Both the position numbers and the translations under genes were made by a program. A DNA stretch of 64,000 nt from Octopus sinensis. Its lineage: Eukaryota. The notes beneath the pieces are model-generated. The model did not search any database. It saw only the letters and a list, made by a program, of their open reading frames with translations, and had not been told where the DNA came from. This document shows positions 39,308 through 54,831 of the stretch, in pieces (position 1 is the first letter of the stretch; each line of letters begins with the position of its first letter). Location: positions 102,982,001-103,046,000 of the forward strand of contig NC_043002.1 in the NCBI RefSeq assembly GCF_006345805.1, written 5' to 3'.

Positions 39308-39668
39308 GGAGGCGCAATGGCCCAGTGGTTAGGGCAGCGGACTCGCGGTCATAGGATCGCGGTTTCGATTCCCAGACCGGGCGTTGTGAATGTTTATTGA
39401 GCGAAAACACCTAAAAGCCCCACGAGGCTCCGGCAGGGGGTCGTGGTGATCCCTGCTGCACTCTTTCACCACAACTCTCTCTCTCTTACTTCCTGTTTCT
39501 GTTGTACCTGTATTTCAAAGGGCCGGCCTTGTCACTCTGTGTGTCACGCTGAATATCCCCGAGAACTACGTTAAGGTTACACGTGTCTGTGGAGTGCTCA
39601 GCCACTTACACGTTAATTTCACGAGCAGGCTGCTCCGTTGATTCGGATCAACCGGTACCCTCATCGTC
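39308..39668 (+). mobile_element. SINE family A lacking its last ~25 nt, ~11-bp TSD
   Basis: CTACTATTATT at 39295-39305 and 39668-39678. Confidence 0.9.
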
Positions 39669-40930
39669 TACTATTATTATTATTATTATTATTATTATTG
39701 TAATTATTATAATGATGATCATCATCTTTATTATCATTATCACCATCATCAGAATCATTATCATTGTAGTAAAGCGGCCAGCTACCAAAAGAGTTAGCCC
39801 ACCAGACAAGATGCCTAGGGCATCATATCATACCTACATATATTTCGTTATTAGCCACAGATATACAGGGAGAGAGACGAAAGTTATTTTAGGGTTTCAT
39901 TTACATTCCTGTGAGGAGAAAGTCTTTTCCGTAAACTGTTACACATCGTCCGAGACTGATAGGAAGAAGTTGATAAGATATGATGCAAATGGAAATCTGC
40001 TCCGAATGTTGGGGTAAAATGGAGGGATGTAACATGTCCGCCACACATGTAGGCCATTGGATTGAGAACCTACTCAATTGGCACAAATCCCGTAAAGCTC
40101 TCTCTCTCTCTCTCTCTTTGATGTTCTCACACTTCCACAAATAGCCCTGAAATAGTACAGTTTTATTGTTCAAGAAAGGCAGTTAGGGACTCGCAACACT
40201 TATGCCAGAAGTTGATAAAGATGACGATGATGATGATGATTGATATTATCATGATATGGTTAAAATCAAATGTGACCTCAGCACAGAGAGTCGGGAGAAA
40301 AGTATTTGCGTTGGGTGCTGTAACGATTCACTTCATCGACATAAGCATCATTGTCCATTTTGAAATATTTCCTGACCATCTGTCTCACGCGCGCCCAATA
40401 ATGGTGAGGCATACTCGGTTACACGATGTATGGCTCACTAAATGTGCCACAGCACATGTGTACAATTATGTTTTCATCCGTATTTATTATACGCTAGCTG
40501 GAATAGCAAAATTCACAAGAAATGAAACTTATATGCTTAGACGGTAAATTTTGCCGTTAAATTTGAGGTCAATAAAAAAATGAAATCCCGAGTAATTCAG
40601 TTTGTTTAGAAAGGTGACCGGACGATTTGCATTGTCTTATGATATCCCAACCGATACAAAAAAATAAAGTGAATTAACGATTGCTTAAGATTTCTTTTTA
40701 TTAAAGTGCTTGACCCACTTAAAAATATCGTTTGCAAAACGTTATACGTGAAAGCTAGGTGGGTGTAAGCGTCAAGAGAGATGACGGTAATAATAAGTAA
40801 TATATTGTTGCTCTGGATTCGGCTGTTTTTCGTGTATGTTGGAACAAACCAAAGTGACAGATGCAAGGTCTGTTAGTAGTGCCGTTAATAAATAGAATAA
40901 ATAATGCTGTAACACATAAACGTATATATA

Positions 40931-40981
<51 letters not shown>

Positions 40982-41640
40982 TGTGTATGTATGCATGTAT
41001 ATATGTATGAGAGTGTATGTTTGTGTGTCTGGGTATTCTCTCATTCGATCACGAACATGTGATGTGCAATCGTGAGCCAGTCTAGCAAAGTAAAGCAAAT
41101 CAAAATTTGAATACAGATAGTAAACTAAAATAAAAGCAAAACATATCTCTTTATAGAATTTCTGATATAGACTCTATGTATTTTCTTTTTTCTTAAGTGT
41201 AAAACTCCTCGTAAATTCTTGCCAGTATTTTCTGTATGATGCCGTGACTACATTGCTTTCCTCTACAGCAGTACTGTCTCTGTTTAATTATAGAGATCTA
41301 TCCAAAGAGGAACGGTTAGCTGTCAGAAACTATATAATTAAATTGGGAAGTAGAAGTGGAATGTTATATAGCAACGAGTTTCAGCAGTCGAGAAGATTGA
41401 AATAATGTATGAGCTTTCAGGACATGAAGACTTCAAATTAATTGGGCTGGATAAATTATATTAGCCGAGTAGTGAAAGAGAATAATAACACACCAACGTA
41501 TACTAACTGAATCACACAAACGCACTAAGGTACATACATTCCCTTACATGTCCACCTACATACACACATATCCACAAATGTATACTGGGAAGTTCATGAA
41601 TGCATATATTTCTATGTATATATATAATATATATATATAT

Positions 41641-41674
<34 letters not shown>

Positions 41675-41798
41675 GTGTGTGTGTGTGTGTGTGTCTGTGT
41701 GTGGGTGTATACACTCATACTTATTCTAACTATTCGTATTCATTACCATATATATACATACATATACATATATATGTGCTTGTATATATTATATATAC

Positions 41799-41870
<72 letters not shown>

Positions 41871-41940
41871 GTATGTATGTATATATATATATATATATAT
41901 ACATGTATATATATATATATAATATATATATATATATATA

Positions 41941-41971
<31 letters not shown>

Positions 41972-42129
41972 TACATGTATATATATAGATATGTATACAC
42001 GCATACATACATCCATATATATGCGTCTGTAGATCTTAGTACATTGATAGATATAGAGATATTCATTTCATCATATATACATTTACATATATACATAAAT
42101 CTGCATATATCTATACATACATTCAAACA

Positions 42130-42160
<31 letters not shown>

Positions 42161-42708
42161 ACATACACGTACATACATCTTTGTAAGTCCATGTAAGCCT
42201 AAGGTGTTGTATACCTGCATATGGGTGTGGGTGAGCGTGTCGATACAATAACAAATAAATATATATATAACAACTATAGAAAGTGAGTATAAAATATAGA
42301 TCAATGGCATAAATAAATTGGAGATAAAAGCGATGTCAATGGACGTCGGATTCCGGCGGAAAGGAAAACAAGTAAAATAACACGAGTAAAAACTGATAGA
42401 AGCCTCGTTGAAAACATTGTTTTGTGTGTAGTTGTACAACGACGGACTGGAATATAAATTTGGCAAAACATCGACTCTGTTGCACAGCATTCAAATATTA
42501 TTGTTTCTCAAAATAAAGATTTGCTACAACTCGGAATTTGTTTGTGTTTAAGTCCCCGAAGGCCATTGTGGCAAATACAAGACGAAATCCTAAAATGTCT
42601 ATTGATTTTTGATCTTTCGGACATGTTAATGTTGATGTATTTGCTATTTTATCACTGAATGTTACAGATGACACGTTTGTTCGCTCGATAATAATAATAA
42701 TAATAATA

Positions 42709-42792
<84 letters not shown>

Positions 42793-43014
42793 TAATAATA
42801 ATAATGTCGACAATAACATTATCAGGCACTGGCTCTCATGATGAAAAAGAAGGAAAAAACGAAGAAGTTTGTGGCAGAAAAATTTCTTTATTGACAACCT
42901 GAAACCATACACATAGTACAAAGTGTGTCACACGAAAGATGTGAAAGACTAAGTAATCTAATTTTAGTAAGACTAAACTGGGACAGAGCACTTTAGTCAA
43001 TTGGTTATAACTAC

Positions 43015-43107
43015 CTGAAGATGGCTTCGAATTTATAGTTAACTCTATGTCAATTTGTATGGTGGTTTGATCAATCAGATCTTGAGCATTTCCTAGTTCG
43101 TATCCAT
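43015..43107 (-). CDS. Candidate symmetric exon (93 nt), unknown product
   Basis: Acceptor ttggtttgcttcggtcttccag and donor CAG|gtagtt, phase 1-1. Reads DGYELGNAQDLIDQTTIQIDIELTINSKPSSG. Confidence 0.32.
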
Positions 43108-43589
43108 CTGGAAGACCGAAGCAAACCAATGATCAAGCAGTTTAGATTTACATAGGTCCAACAATAATCAGTTAGATACAGTATGTCTCCATGTGTCACG
43201 CTTCAAACGCATTATCTTATCAAAATCCTATTGCATTATTTTAGAATGCTAACGAGCAGCATTGACGTTCGACTCCATAGATTTGTTCCGCATATGCATA
43301 CGCGGCTCTCCCACGCTCGAAATCTCGTAATAATGACACGAGTGTGACTATATACAGAAAATATACGAGGAATTTACCACGACTGCCTCAAAATATAGTT
43401 TTGATTTGAAACAATTCCTACGGGAGGACATTCAATGTCGTAGCCATGCATACAACATCGAGTTACCATTGAAAAATTGATTAAACTTCTGTTGTATAGT
43501 GAAACTGTACACCTCTCCTGGTAAAATATGGTAGGAGTCAGCCATTATAAATAGGCCAGTAACCGGTTGTCAAGAGGTGATCGAGAATC

Positions 43590-43754
43590 GAAGAGTTGAG
43601 AGTCGAAGAGTTGAGAGTCGAAGAGCTGAGAGTCGAAGAGCTGAGAGTCGAAGAGTTGAGAGTCGAAGAGTTGAGAGTCGAAGAGTTGAGAGTCGAAGAG
43701 TTGAGAGTCGAAGAGGTGCGAGTCGAAGAGTTAAGAGTCGAAGAGTTGAAAGTC
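43590..43754 (+). repeat. Minisatellite, 11 x 15 bp GAAGAGTTGAGAGTC
   Basis: Units counted directly; few substitutions. Confidence 0.97.
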
Positions 43755-44324
43755 GAAGGTATTTTTTTTTCTTTTCAAACTATGAAGAATGGTTCTTACA
43801 CGTCTTCAAAGCACTTGAACATTTCTTTCTCGATATGGAATTTATTAAGATTTATACAAATAAATATTTGGTTATCTAAACCATGGTTAGCCTTGGTAAT
43901 GAACAAATCTTGGTGCCAATTGCAATATTCAGAATGCGGTTTAATTGCAGAGAATATCTGCAGAAACGATAATCCATGGAAAGAGAGAGAAATCACGCAG
44001 AAGCTATAAAGATTGTAAAGTTGGAACTTGTAACTTACAATATTGAATACGTTTGTTAAAAACATTATGCATTTATCCTATAGATGCGTGTATGTGTGTC
44101 CGTGTCCGCGAGTGTGCGTGTGTGTTTCCGTGTCTGTTTGCTGTGAAGCAGAGTAGTGCAAGGAATGTATGGTAGGCCAATTATCTAGTGGTCTGCAGAT
44201 CTGCCGGTCAGAAAAGGTCTCTGCTATGCTGAGAATACGTGTAATTTTATCAAGGAGTTGCACCAACATGGCTGCACTTTAATGACTAAAACAAGTAAGA
44301 GATAAAGGATAAAAACAGAAATAG

Positions 44325-45008
<684 letters not shown>

Positions 45009-45677
45009 TATTCCAAGCATTAAAAGAATGTGATCACAAATTCGGAAGACAAAAACGTAAATATGAAATTTTGAATTATGTATATCCTTGAAAATGGTGT
45101 TTTATTGGTTCACTGGCTGACGTGTTGTCCTTCTCGTGCGATCGGGATAGGGCATATGGTAGCATGTTCATGTTGTTCCAAATAGTATTTATGTTGATAG
45201 ACACCGGAGCGATTGCGTGTGCCGTAGGATATGACCAAGTAGTGTCGTGGAATAACCAACTCTACTGTATAATCAGTTGGGTAATACATGACAACCACGT
45301 CCTGATGAACAGTAAAGACCCCCTGGGTTATGCTAGGTTTATACACTCTTATGGTAAAGACTTTGAAATAAACCAGAAGAGTTCAATTGTTACGACAGTG
45401 TGTGTAGAAAGCAGGTGTAGGACCACATACCCGGGGAAATAAAGGGAAATATGATAGTGCTGGACAGGTAAAGGCGAATGAATTGAATAGAAATCATGAT
45501 CTGCACATAGCAGAAGACACTAGGTGCAGCTTCTACTTGTGAAGCATTGCGTTACTGACAAATGGCAGGACTTAACGATACAAACTTAACGTATCATTGT
45601 CAACAATATTATTCCAAATGAGCCGAGTCGAGAGAAGACAAAGTCACCAATCATATCTCCTCCAATTCAGCGTAAAA

Positions 45678-46050
45678 TCTCTCTATATGTATAAAGCGGA
45701 AGTTGTCTATGTATTGTAGGTTTTGTAGCCTTCAACTAACACTATTGCCTCCGAGACCCTGCGGCGCAAGTTGAACAAAATTGAGAGTATGATAGAAGGA
45801 TTGCTTTTCCTTCCATAGAAGAAAAAATTGAAATCGGACAATGTCAACATCAAAAAGGTGCTTCTTTTCTATGAAAATCCCTATTTTTTAGGTTTTTTTG
45901 ACTGCTGTGTCGCCCTTTTTCGGTGTATTTCAACCAGAAAAATGTTCACTTAAAGAGGCACAAGCTACATAATGCCAAATATTTACTTTTCAAAAATTCC
46001 AATTGTAAAGGGTCGAAACAAACCCAAGCAACGCTGGGCGATACTGCAAG
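45678..46050 (+). mobile_element. Non-autonomous Helitron-like element
   Basis: A|TC..TCTATATGTATAAAG 5' end; 3' hairpin CCCAAGCAACGCTGGG followed by CGATACTG-CAAG|T (a degenerate CTAG). Confidence 0.5.
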
Positions 46051-46284
46051 TATGAGATAAAGTAATGTTTTTTAAATTACGTCTGCTTCAAAACTTAAAC
46101 CTAAATCGAAAAGGAACTGCGCGTAGAACAAAGTTCTAAAATATGGACACATTATTTAGTTCTTCCTAAATAAGATCTGGCATCTTATGAAATTGAGACA
46201 TTTTCTTGGTGCTGTTCCTGTCTGTGATTCTATTACGTTGTGAGCCCTAAATGAAGAAATCTGTAATCAAATATTTCCTAGTTT

Positions 46285-46580
46285 GAGAAGTGTATAGTTC
46301 CGGGGATGTAAACACACTAACACCGGTTGTCGAGTAATCATTGGAATGAATATAGATCCATACATTTACACACACACGTGTGTGTGTGTGTGTGGTGTGT
46401 GTGTGTGTGCGTCTTTAAATATAAAATGGTCTTCATTCAGATTCCGCTTACCAAATCCATTAACAAGATGTTGGTTCGCCCGTGGGTGCAATAGAACATT
46501 TGCCCAGGGTGCCACACACTGGAACTGAACCCACAGCCATGTTGTTAAGAAGCAAGCTTCGTACCGCACAGCCATACCTG
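46285..46580 (-). mobile_element. Diverged SINE family B
   Basis: Head and CORE-like segment match the other B copies. Confidence 0.8.
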
Positions 46581-48582
46581 CACCTATGTGTGTGTGTGCG
46601 TGTATACATGCACATACTGAGGCGTAGAAAACATACATAGATGCGTGGTTGAATATTTGCTTAGATATGTATGTGTACGTGTACGCATATCTGCACACAA
46701 GTATATATTTCAATGTACTCTCTCACACACACAAACATACATACATACATACATACATACATACATACATACTGACACTTAAACAGATATACAACTTTTG
46801 TCTCAATTTTACACCTTTCATGTCGCCCTTCTCCTGCCTCCTTCTCTCACTCCAGTTCTATGATGTATATATATGCGTGTGTCCGTGTGTGTTCATGTGT
46901 CAGTCTGTGTTCATATATATATATATATACGTAATATGTGTGTGTTTATGTGTGGTCATGCATAATGTATGTTTACATATATGGATATATGTTTCTATGT
47001 ATACACGTATACATACATAAATTACAATAATTTGCAAATTTAGGCTGAGAAATAATGAAATATATATTATCATTCTATAAACACTCGTCACATTTTAAAA
47101 ACTTCTCCTCCTTTCCCTCCTCCACAATATCTGAACTGAACTTGTCCCCCCACCCCATTTTAAACCAGTGAAGATAGTGAGACATGAAAACCGAAATAAA
47201 AGATGCGAGATAGTCATTAAAGCTGAAGAGGGTCTATAGAAAATCGATGTAAAAGTCAATTGCCCCAAATATTTTTAACGAAAATATTCTCAGAATCATG
47301 AGTCACACAACGAGTTTTGATCTTGCTAGTTTAATTTCGAATTTATATTATTTTGTTATTGAAATGAAATTCTGATTAAATATCGATTATTTGTCTTTCG
47401 TGGAATCTGTGGTTTAGAATCTGTAAGTACAATCACCATTTCAATATGACCACAACGACCAACCGAATACAAAGAAATTATTATAGTGGAGATTATTATT
47501 GTTCTTTTCTTTTTCTTTTAGTCTTTTTTCTATTCCTTTTTTTTTCTCGTTTCTGCCCATTGGCACTTTCTTTTCTTTTCCAGCTATTAATGATAGTATG
47601 TATTATAGTCCGTTATGAAAAGCTGAAAATATAGGTCTTTTAAAAATGATTTCTTAAGACTTTCACGTGTAGAAGAATAAATAATATATTTATTATATTT
47701 CGATGCTCGAATTTTCAAAACTCTGTAGGTAGTTAGGAGTTATGCATTGTAATGAGAAGTAAACTATAGGAGCTCACAATTCAATGTTATGTAGCCAGCA
47801 TGAACAAAAATATAAACAAAAGAATAAGTCAATGTATGAAAAAAATGAAATAAGACAATAAGAAAATGCCAGCTATTTACGCTTATGTCTGCAAAACTCG
47901 ATTTTAATCATAAATTCTTAAAATTCTCAACTGACCTCCTCTTCTTTCTATAAAATAGAACTTAACGCTTTATTTATGATTTCGCCGTTAATCATTCAGA
48001 TAGCGGATATCTATAAAACTAGGAAAAGTTAAATAGAGCATATTATATGTTTAGCTATCGATATAAGCTAGAATGTATAGATGATACCAGAAAATAGCAG
48101 AGGGATTTAATGCGTCGACAATCTTCCTTTGTTCACATTGTGAATTGAAATAAATTGTGAACCAAGATCTTGACTCGGAGCAACTTTTAATGAACCAGTA
48201 TTTTATGTTTAACAACAGATATGTAAATTTCCATATCAACCATATCAACAGGTTTTCACGGTGAGATACGCAATATTGAGATATTAAATACTACGATATT
48301 AAATATTAAATTCATGCTAGAGAAAAAATACTTATAATATATTCCTTTTATAATATTTCCATATTTATATACAGGTTTACTACATTTTATAAATTTTATT
48401 TTATTTTGTTGGCTTTGTATTACGGGATTAGTGGGCAGGGTACACACAAAATCCATTTTATCATTGAGAAAAAAGGGGAGGCCTTAGTCTCGTTGAAGAA
48501 TTTAGGTGAAGCACTAAATAATTACCAATATTTTTATATTAAATTCATAACTTCATGTGACCCCTACATACCATATTATGTA

Positions 48583-48629
<47 letters not shown>

Positions 48630-48703
48630 GGCATTATATACAATTAGATATAGATACACACACACTTATATATGTATGTATATACATACATATATATATA
48701 CAT

Positions 48704-48764
<61 letters not shown>

Positions 48765-49204
48765 ACACACACACATTCGTACGTGTCAGGCTTGAACAGA
48801 AATATGATCAAAAGCGTTTCATGCATTAGATTCAAATTTCGCTTTCAGAATAAATTATATTGAGACCTCGTGCTCAGATATTCACTTCCGATTTCTTAGA
48901 ACAAGAAGCCGTTTTACTATTTATTTATCGTTTTCATTGTATTTTATTTATTTTCTTTTTAATGACTTGTAAATCCAAAGGAGAAAAAAAAATGCCGTTA
49001 TCTCTAGCTGCAGCTTGCTTCTGAAAAGGAGGTGTTTATTTGTTTGACTTTTTACGGACAATGATTTTCCAGCCGTGACCATATCACGACGATAGTTCCA
49101 CTTTCTCTTCCTTTCTTAAGGTGCTACGAAGATGGCTGAATGAGTTGTGATTGCTATCTTAGCATTCCCTGTTTTCCACACTTGAAAATTGCTGTTTTTA
49201 TTCA

Positions 49205-49550
49205 TGTTTTGGCTCAGTGGTTAGAGCGTCGAGCTTACGATCGTGAGGTTGTGAGATCGAATCCCGGACCGGGCTACGTGTTGTGTTCTTGAGCAAGGCA
49301 CTTTATTTCACGTTGCTCCAGTTCACTCAACTGTGGAAATGAGTTGCGACGTCACTGGTGCCAAGCTGTATCGAGCCCTTTGCCTTTCCCTTGGATAACA
49401 CTGGTGGCGTGGAGAGGGGAGGCTGGTATGCATGGGCGACTGCTGGTCTTCCATAAACAACCTTGCCCGGACTTGTGTCTAGGAGGGTAACTTTCTAGGT
49501 GCAATCCCATGGTCATTCATGACCCAAGGGGGTATTTACCCTTTATCCCT
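49205..49550 (+). mobile_element. SINE family D (tRNA head, TTGAGCAAGGCACTT domain, distinct tail)
   Basis: A-box TGGCTCAGTGG and B-box-like GAGATCGAATCCC; single copy in this window. Confidence 0.8.
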
Positions 49551-50048
49551 AGTTCGATAGCCCTCAAATAAACACATTCTGTAGAACATTGAGGACAAAA
49601 CTGTCCAACCTTCCTTCCGTCTTGTCTTAGGATTCTATGTAAGTGATATAAAAGAGTGAGCAGGGTATTCCTAACTGCTCCAGTGATACTGCATTACTTC
49701 CATGTTGTCAAGTGTCGGATTGACGCATTGTATTTTATTTTATCATAAATGAATACTTCAGTCATATATTATATACAAAGTGCTCAGAGTCACGGATTTG
49801 TATCTGCATATCTTGAGATGTACAAGAAAGTTTTGTTGGAATACACTACTTGTTAATATCATGTGATGTCATTTTGAAACTTTGTCTGAGTCCATAGTAA
49901 TATGTTAATGTACGATTAACTGAGTGGTTAAAAATTTTACCGTATTTAGGATTTGATCTCACAATGAGGAAATTTGGAATTACTATTGTCAGTAAAATTT
50001 TTAACATGAAAATGTCTCTGTGTTGTATGTGCGTGTGCGTATGTGTGC

Positions 50049-50090
<42 letters not shown>

Positions 50091-50204
50091 GCTTCAAGTT
50101 GGGCGTGTACAGTTAAACATGAATGTCTTGTGAAATTTATGTCCGAATTGACGACTCGCGTGCAAATATATATACTGAGCATCTAGTTCCTCAGGAACAC
50201 ATAG

Positions 50205-50370
50205 AAAGTATTCTTTTCTACTGTAGGTAAATGCTTGAAATTTGGGGCGAGGGGGCAGTCGATCGACCAAAGTAAGTATGCAACTGGTATTTAATTTACT
50301 GACCCCGAAATTATGAAAGGGAAAGTCGAACTCATTCAAAATTTGAGCTCAGAACATAAAGACAGACGAA
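50205..50370 (-). mobile_element. SINE family C fragment, short-tail form
   Basis: Matches 52710-52858. Confidence 0.75.
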
Positions 50371-51005
50371 CACATAAATTATTACCATACTTAGTTACGT
50401 GGTTTATTTAATTTCACTAAATCGTGGTAAGCTATGTTCCAGTATGGCCGTAGTTCAATGACATAGATTATAACAGAAGTTTAATTAATAAGAGACGGTG
50501 GTATATTCAGATCGAACGCTTTATGCATCGATTTTTAGGTACCTACATTCAAAACGTACGTGGTCACCAAGCATAATTAAGTATTTAGAGTTGTTAAGAA
50601 TCCTGATTTGAAGCTAAACTGGTTCGGATTTGATCTCATCCGGTGCTACGAAGGGCAATCACCTTGTATTGAGTATCAAATTGAGGTGATCCTAGCGATG
50701 AAATTACGCACATCAAGGTTGCTCTTTTGGTCGCATTATTGTTTATTGTGTTAGAGATTTAATCCAAAGCATGTTCCCTACTCGGGTTGCTATGATAGAG
50801 ATTTACCAACTCTAGTTCAGAAAGGGGAATTAAAGAGCGATTAAGTGTTATAAACATCTTAACCAAACCTTCTTTCTTCCGGTATTTAGAGGCTTTTGAA
50901 ATGCATCATGGTGTCTGTTTGTGACTTCTCTGAGTAACTGAGAAAAAATTAGGAGGGAGGTGAGACCAATATTATCCGATAACATTCTGAAATCCCTCTA
51001 CTCAC

Positions 51006-51138
51006 CGGTATCAAAAAATTGTGTGGGTTGTCACTCTTTCCCAATTCACTTTTCAATTTTTCAAGAACGAATATGTATGTTTTATAGTGTTCAACCATTG
51101 TGTGTTCATACGACAAGTAACTTTTGCTAAACATATTT
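51006..51138 (-). CDS. Candidate exon (133 nt) inside ORF 50949-51353
   Basis: tatatcag| acceptor and CCG|GTGAGT donor. Reads NMFSKSYLSYEHTMVEHYKTYIFVLEKLKSELGKSDNPHNFLIP. Confidence 0.2.
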
Positions 51139-52709
51139 CTGATATAAATCAGAAATAGGACTCGCCTAGCGCTAACCAGCAGAAACCAGTGCCACAAAAT
51201 ATGGCACCGCTCGTCAAGTTCAAGAAATGCGCCATTGTACAAAAAGGTATGCAAAAAGTGAGGGTCGTTCTGTTTTTTGTTCAAAATATCTGCTGTATCG
51301 CTTTCAGTAGAAACATAGCACAATTTTCTTCTTAGCTCACCATCATATTTCATTCAATCAATAGTTAATTCCGAATTGTCTAATGACCTTCTTATTTTCA
51401 GATGCATATTCATAATATATGTCTACTAACATGAACTCTTTATAAACCTATATTCTGAAAGTCTATCCTGTAATTGTATGTAGTAAGTGATCTGATTATT
51501 TCTACTTACATTAATAATAGAATGTGTAAAACATTGTCAATAGAACATCAAGAATATCGATGTCACAAATCAAGTTAGTCCTTCGATTATTCTTCTAATC
51601 AAGCTAATCAAAATTACAGAGTCAAGCTCACTTGTAAATGATTCATGAATACAATGATCATAATATAATTAGGGCCGAAAATGGAACGTGGGTAAATTGA
51701 AGAACGAAAAACAGAAAAACAATTTCGTTTATGAAAGAAAAGCGCCTTAGTTCTCTCCTCAACGAATATCTCTAATTATTGATATACATTCCTATACATA
51801 TAACTATATGACTGTCAGCATTATTCATTGATCTCTACACCTTGTACATATCGTGCGCATTGAAAATGAACTCAAAGAGCTGGATATATTTTTTGTTGTT
51901 AAACATCTACAACCATAAAACCAGTCAGACAGGCCAAGGTGTAGATGCTCTGTGAAATACAAAGGGTAGCGAAGTTACATTTATATTGAACCCTGCCTTC
52001 TTCAATAGGGAAGGGCACATATGATAGTTCAATTCTCGTCGTCCCTGGCGACATTAACTCATGTCCGAATTTTAAGTCTATAACCTGTGAGTGAGCCTCT
52101 TCATCTTAGTGGGTGCGGAGAATCCTGGGGCTTGAAGTGGCTGTTCAAGCCATGGGAGGTCTAGAAGAGCCGGAGGATTCATCGAAAGGCAGCGTTGGAC
52201 GAAGAAGTGCGAGTGGCTCGTTTGTCTTCGACATTTTATCTCTGCCTCTTGACGTTAGTTATTATCCTTCAGGTGTGTTCACTCGACGATAACATGCTGC
52301 CGACTTCAGTGATCCTTGGCGATTGTCCCCCGCGGTATCTGGTCTCTGGAGCAGCGGAGAAGAGGGATCTTAAACGTATAATACCAAACGAAAGTTTGGG
52401 ATTTCCGTGTGGTTTGGTGCCCGAGGCTAACACTGCAAAGAGAGTTGATGAATGATGCGTGATTGAAGTACACGTATGATAATGCACTTCTAGAGAGGTA
52501 ACATCTGAGGTAGCAATACACCAACGTTTATGCACACAATCCTATAGATCACGCTGGAATAACTTTCAACGTACTTCTCGATCACGTGTAATATAGGATT
52601 AACAGAAACAGCTTGTAGTTTGCCATATATGTTTACGCACACGCACGCATGCGCACAAAAATACCTAGTTGGATAAATTTATGTTACAATATAATTCATT
52701 CTTCTTTAC

Positions 52710-52858
52710 ATTCTGAGTTCAAATTCTGCCGATGTCGACTTTGCATTTCATCCTTTTGGGGTCGATAATTTAAGTACCAGTTGCGTACTGGGGTCGATGT
52801 AATCGACTGAAACCTCCCCCAAAATTTCGGGCCTTGTGCCTAGAATAGAAAAGAATAT
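52710..52858 (+). mobile_element. SINE family C fragment, short-tail form
   Basis: GTTCAAATTCTGCCGATGTCGACTTTGCATTTCATCC..GGGCCTTGTGCCTAGAATAGAAAAGAAT. Confidence 0.85.
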
Positions 52859-53211
52859 AGTTCCATACTACTCTAAATTTCCTGCTCGAGCTGTAGGCTC
52901 ATAAATCCAGTTTTTTGATTTTTGTGACGCAAATATTGCATCGCATCCTCGATAGGACGCTTCCTCGTTAGATGGTTTCTCATTTTGACTGGCTGAGAGG
53001 TCGGCAGTAGTGTGATAGTAAACGTATTACTCAAGTACTGAACGTATCGGCCGATCGAGGAATCGAATCCACAAACTTATGATCACGAGTCCAACACCCT
53101 AAAACATAACGACACCCCCCACTCTACCATATCAACACACATGCGCACGCACACACATATGTACACACTATTATATATGAATGCTACAATATATGTGCGT
53201 GTATGTGTGTG

Positions 53212-53253
<42 letters not shown>

Positions 53254-53486
53254 CATCATTTTTATGCTTTCCTATGACTTAATTTCGAAACGTACGTCTG
53301 TAGGTGACTTAATATAGAATGATTGTCTTCATTTCTTTCTCTTTTGCCTGCGTTGTTTGCCTTTTAAGTGCTGTGGTTTTACTGGGATCTCCCTTTTAAG
53401 TAGAAAGAATAGCCATAACTCTTTGACTGCTATTTCTAAATTCGGTGTGTCGTGAGGCAAATCGTTGCTAAACTCTTAATTACTTA

Positions 53487-53548
<62 letters not shown>

Positions 53549-54514
53549 TAAGTAATTATATATACAGCTAATAATACAATAGATAACACGGTTCAGTATT
53601 GTTTATTGAAGAAAGTATTTTATTTCCCCATATGGCATAATTTCTGTATAAATATTGAAATGGAAATTATATTTCCTGATCATTCTAACATGCAATTATA
53701 TGCAGGCGTTTCTTAATGCTTATGACATTAAGATGCGGATTATCATGATTATATCATCGGATTAAAAGTAGAAAGCTTTGCACTTTGAAAATTAAATATG
53801 TATAATGAATTATGCTAAATCCATTTTAGAATATCTCTTGAGATTTCCTAATGGGTTTGACCAAAGCCGAGGAAAATTTTGAGGAAATTTTCGATGCTAC
53901 ATTATTGTGTATTATGAAAACAGTACGATGTTTAAAATCTTTATTATTATAGAATTCACTGAAACATACATGCGCACACAAGCGCTTATACATACGCAGA
54001 AAGAAATAAACAAGCACATAAGCTGTACACGTGTTTCTGTAGCTTATAATAGTATGCACTGCGGTAACGAATACGTAAATTGTTGAATTAATTTATAACG
54101 CCATTTCTTCAGAAGAAAATGTACAGTAATCTAATGCTGCTCACCAGTATCAGATGAGAACTGCGTGCACATTCAGCAGAATATTTTATATCTATAAAAG
54201 TTGAGGAAAATATTTTAATATTTTTGTATATTATCGGGGAGATAAATTATACATCAAGAGATAAAGACATAGAGAAAAAAGAGAACTGTTATCTTTGCAA
54301 ATTGGGTATCTGGGAAAGAGGGGAAAAACTGCTCCTCGGCTATGAAGGTCACAGAAAGTATCAAGATAACTCTGATAAATAGCTAAGGATTTAGTAGCAG
54401 GAAAGGGTTAGAAAGTAAATAGGATAGGCATACATCGCACTCACTCAAACGAGTCTGTGAAACGTTACACAATTTTAAGTATTCGCTGCTGTGTATAGCC
54501 ACATAATTCAATTG

Positions 54515-54780
54515 CATCGCCATACCATTACATGAGACTGAGTGTTTATTGAGTGAACATACCTAAGCCCCCTACTAGCCTCCGGCTGGGGGTGTTGGCT
54601 AACACTTTTGTACTCTTGCACCACTACATTTCTCTCACTCTTTCTTCCTGTTTCTGTTGCACCGTATTTCAAATGGCCAGCCTTGTCACACTCTGTGACA
54701 CGCTGAGTCTCTTTGGGAACTACATTAAAGATACACATGTCTGTGGAGGGTTCAGCCACCTGCACGTTAATTTAACGAAC
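54515..54780 (+). mobile_element. Diverged SINE family A fragment
   Basis: The body aligns with the copy at 30009. Confidence 0.75.
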
Positions 54781-54831
54781 ACGCACACACACAACCTCAT
54801 ATAAAAATATATAAATATATATATATATGTA

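Noticed and set aside
45110-45442. Overlapping ORFs on both strands
   Set aside because: No recognisable domain and no consistent exon boundaries; the strand cannot be chosen from sequence alone.
52020-52455. GC-richer segment with short ORFs on both strands
   Set aside because: No single frame spans it, no motif is recognised, and the splice signals conflict between strands.
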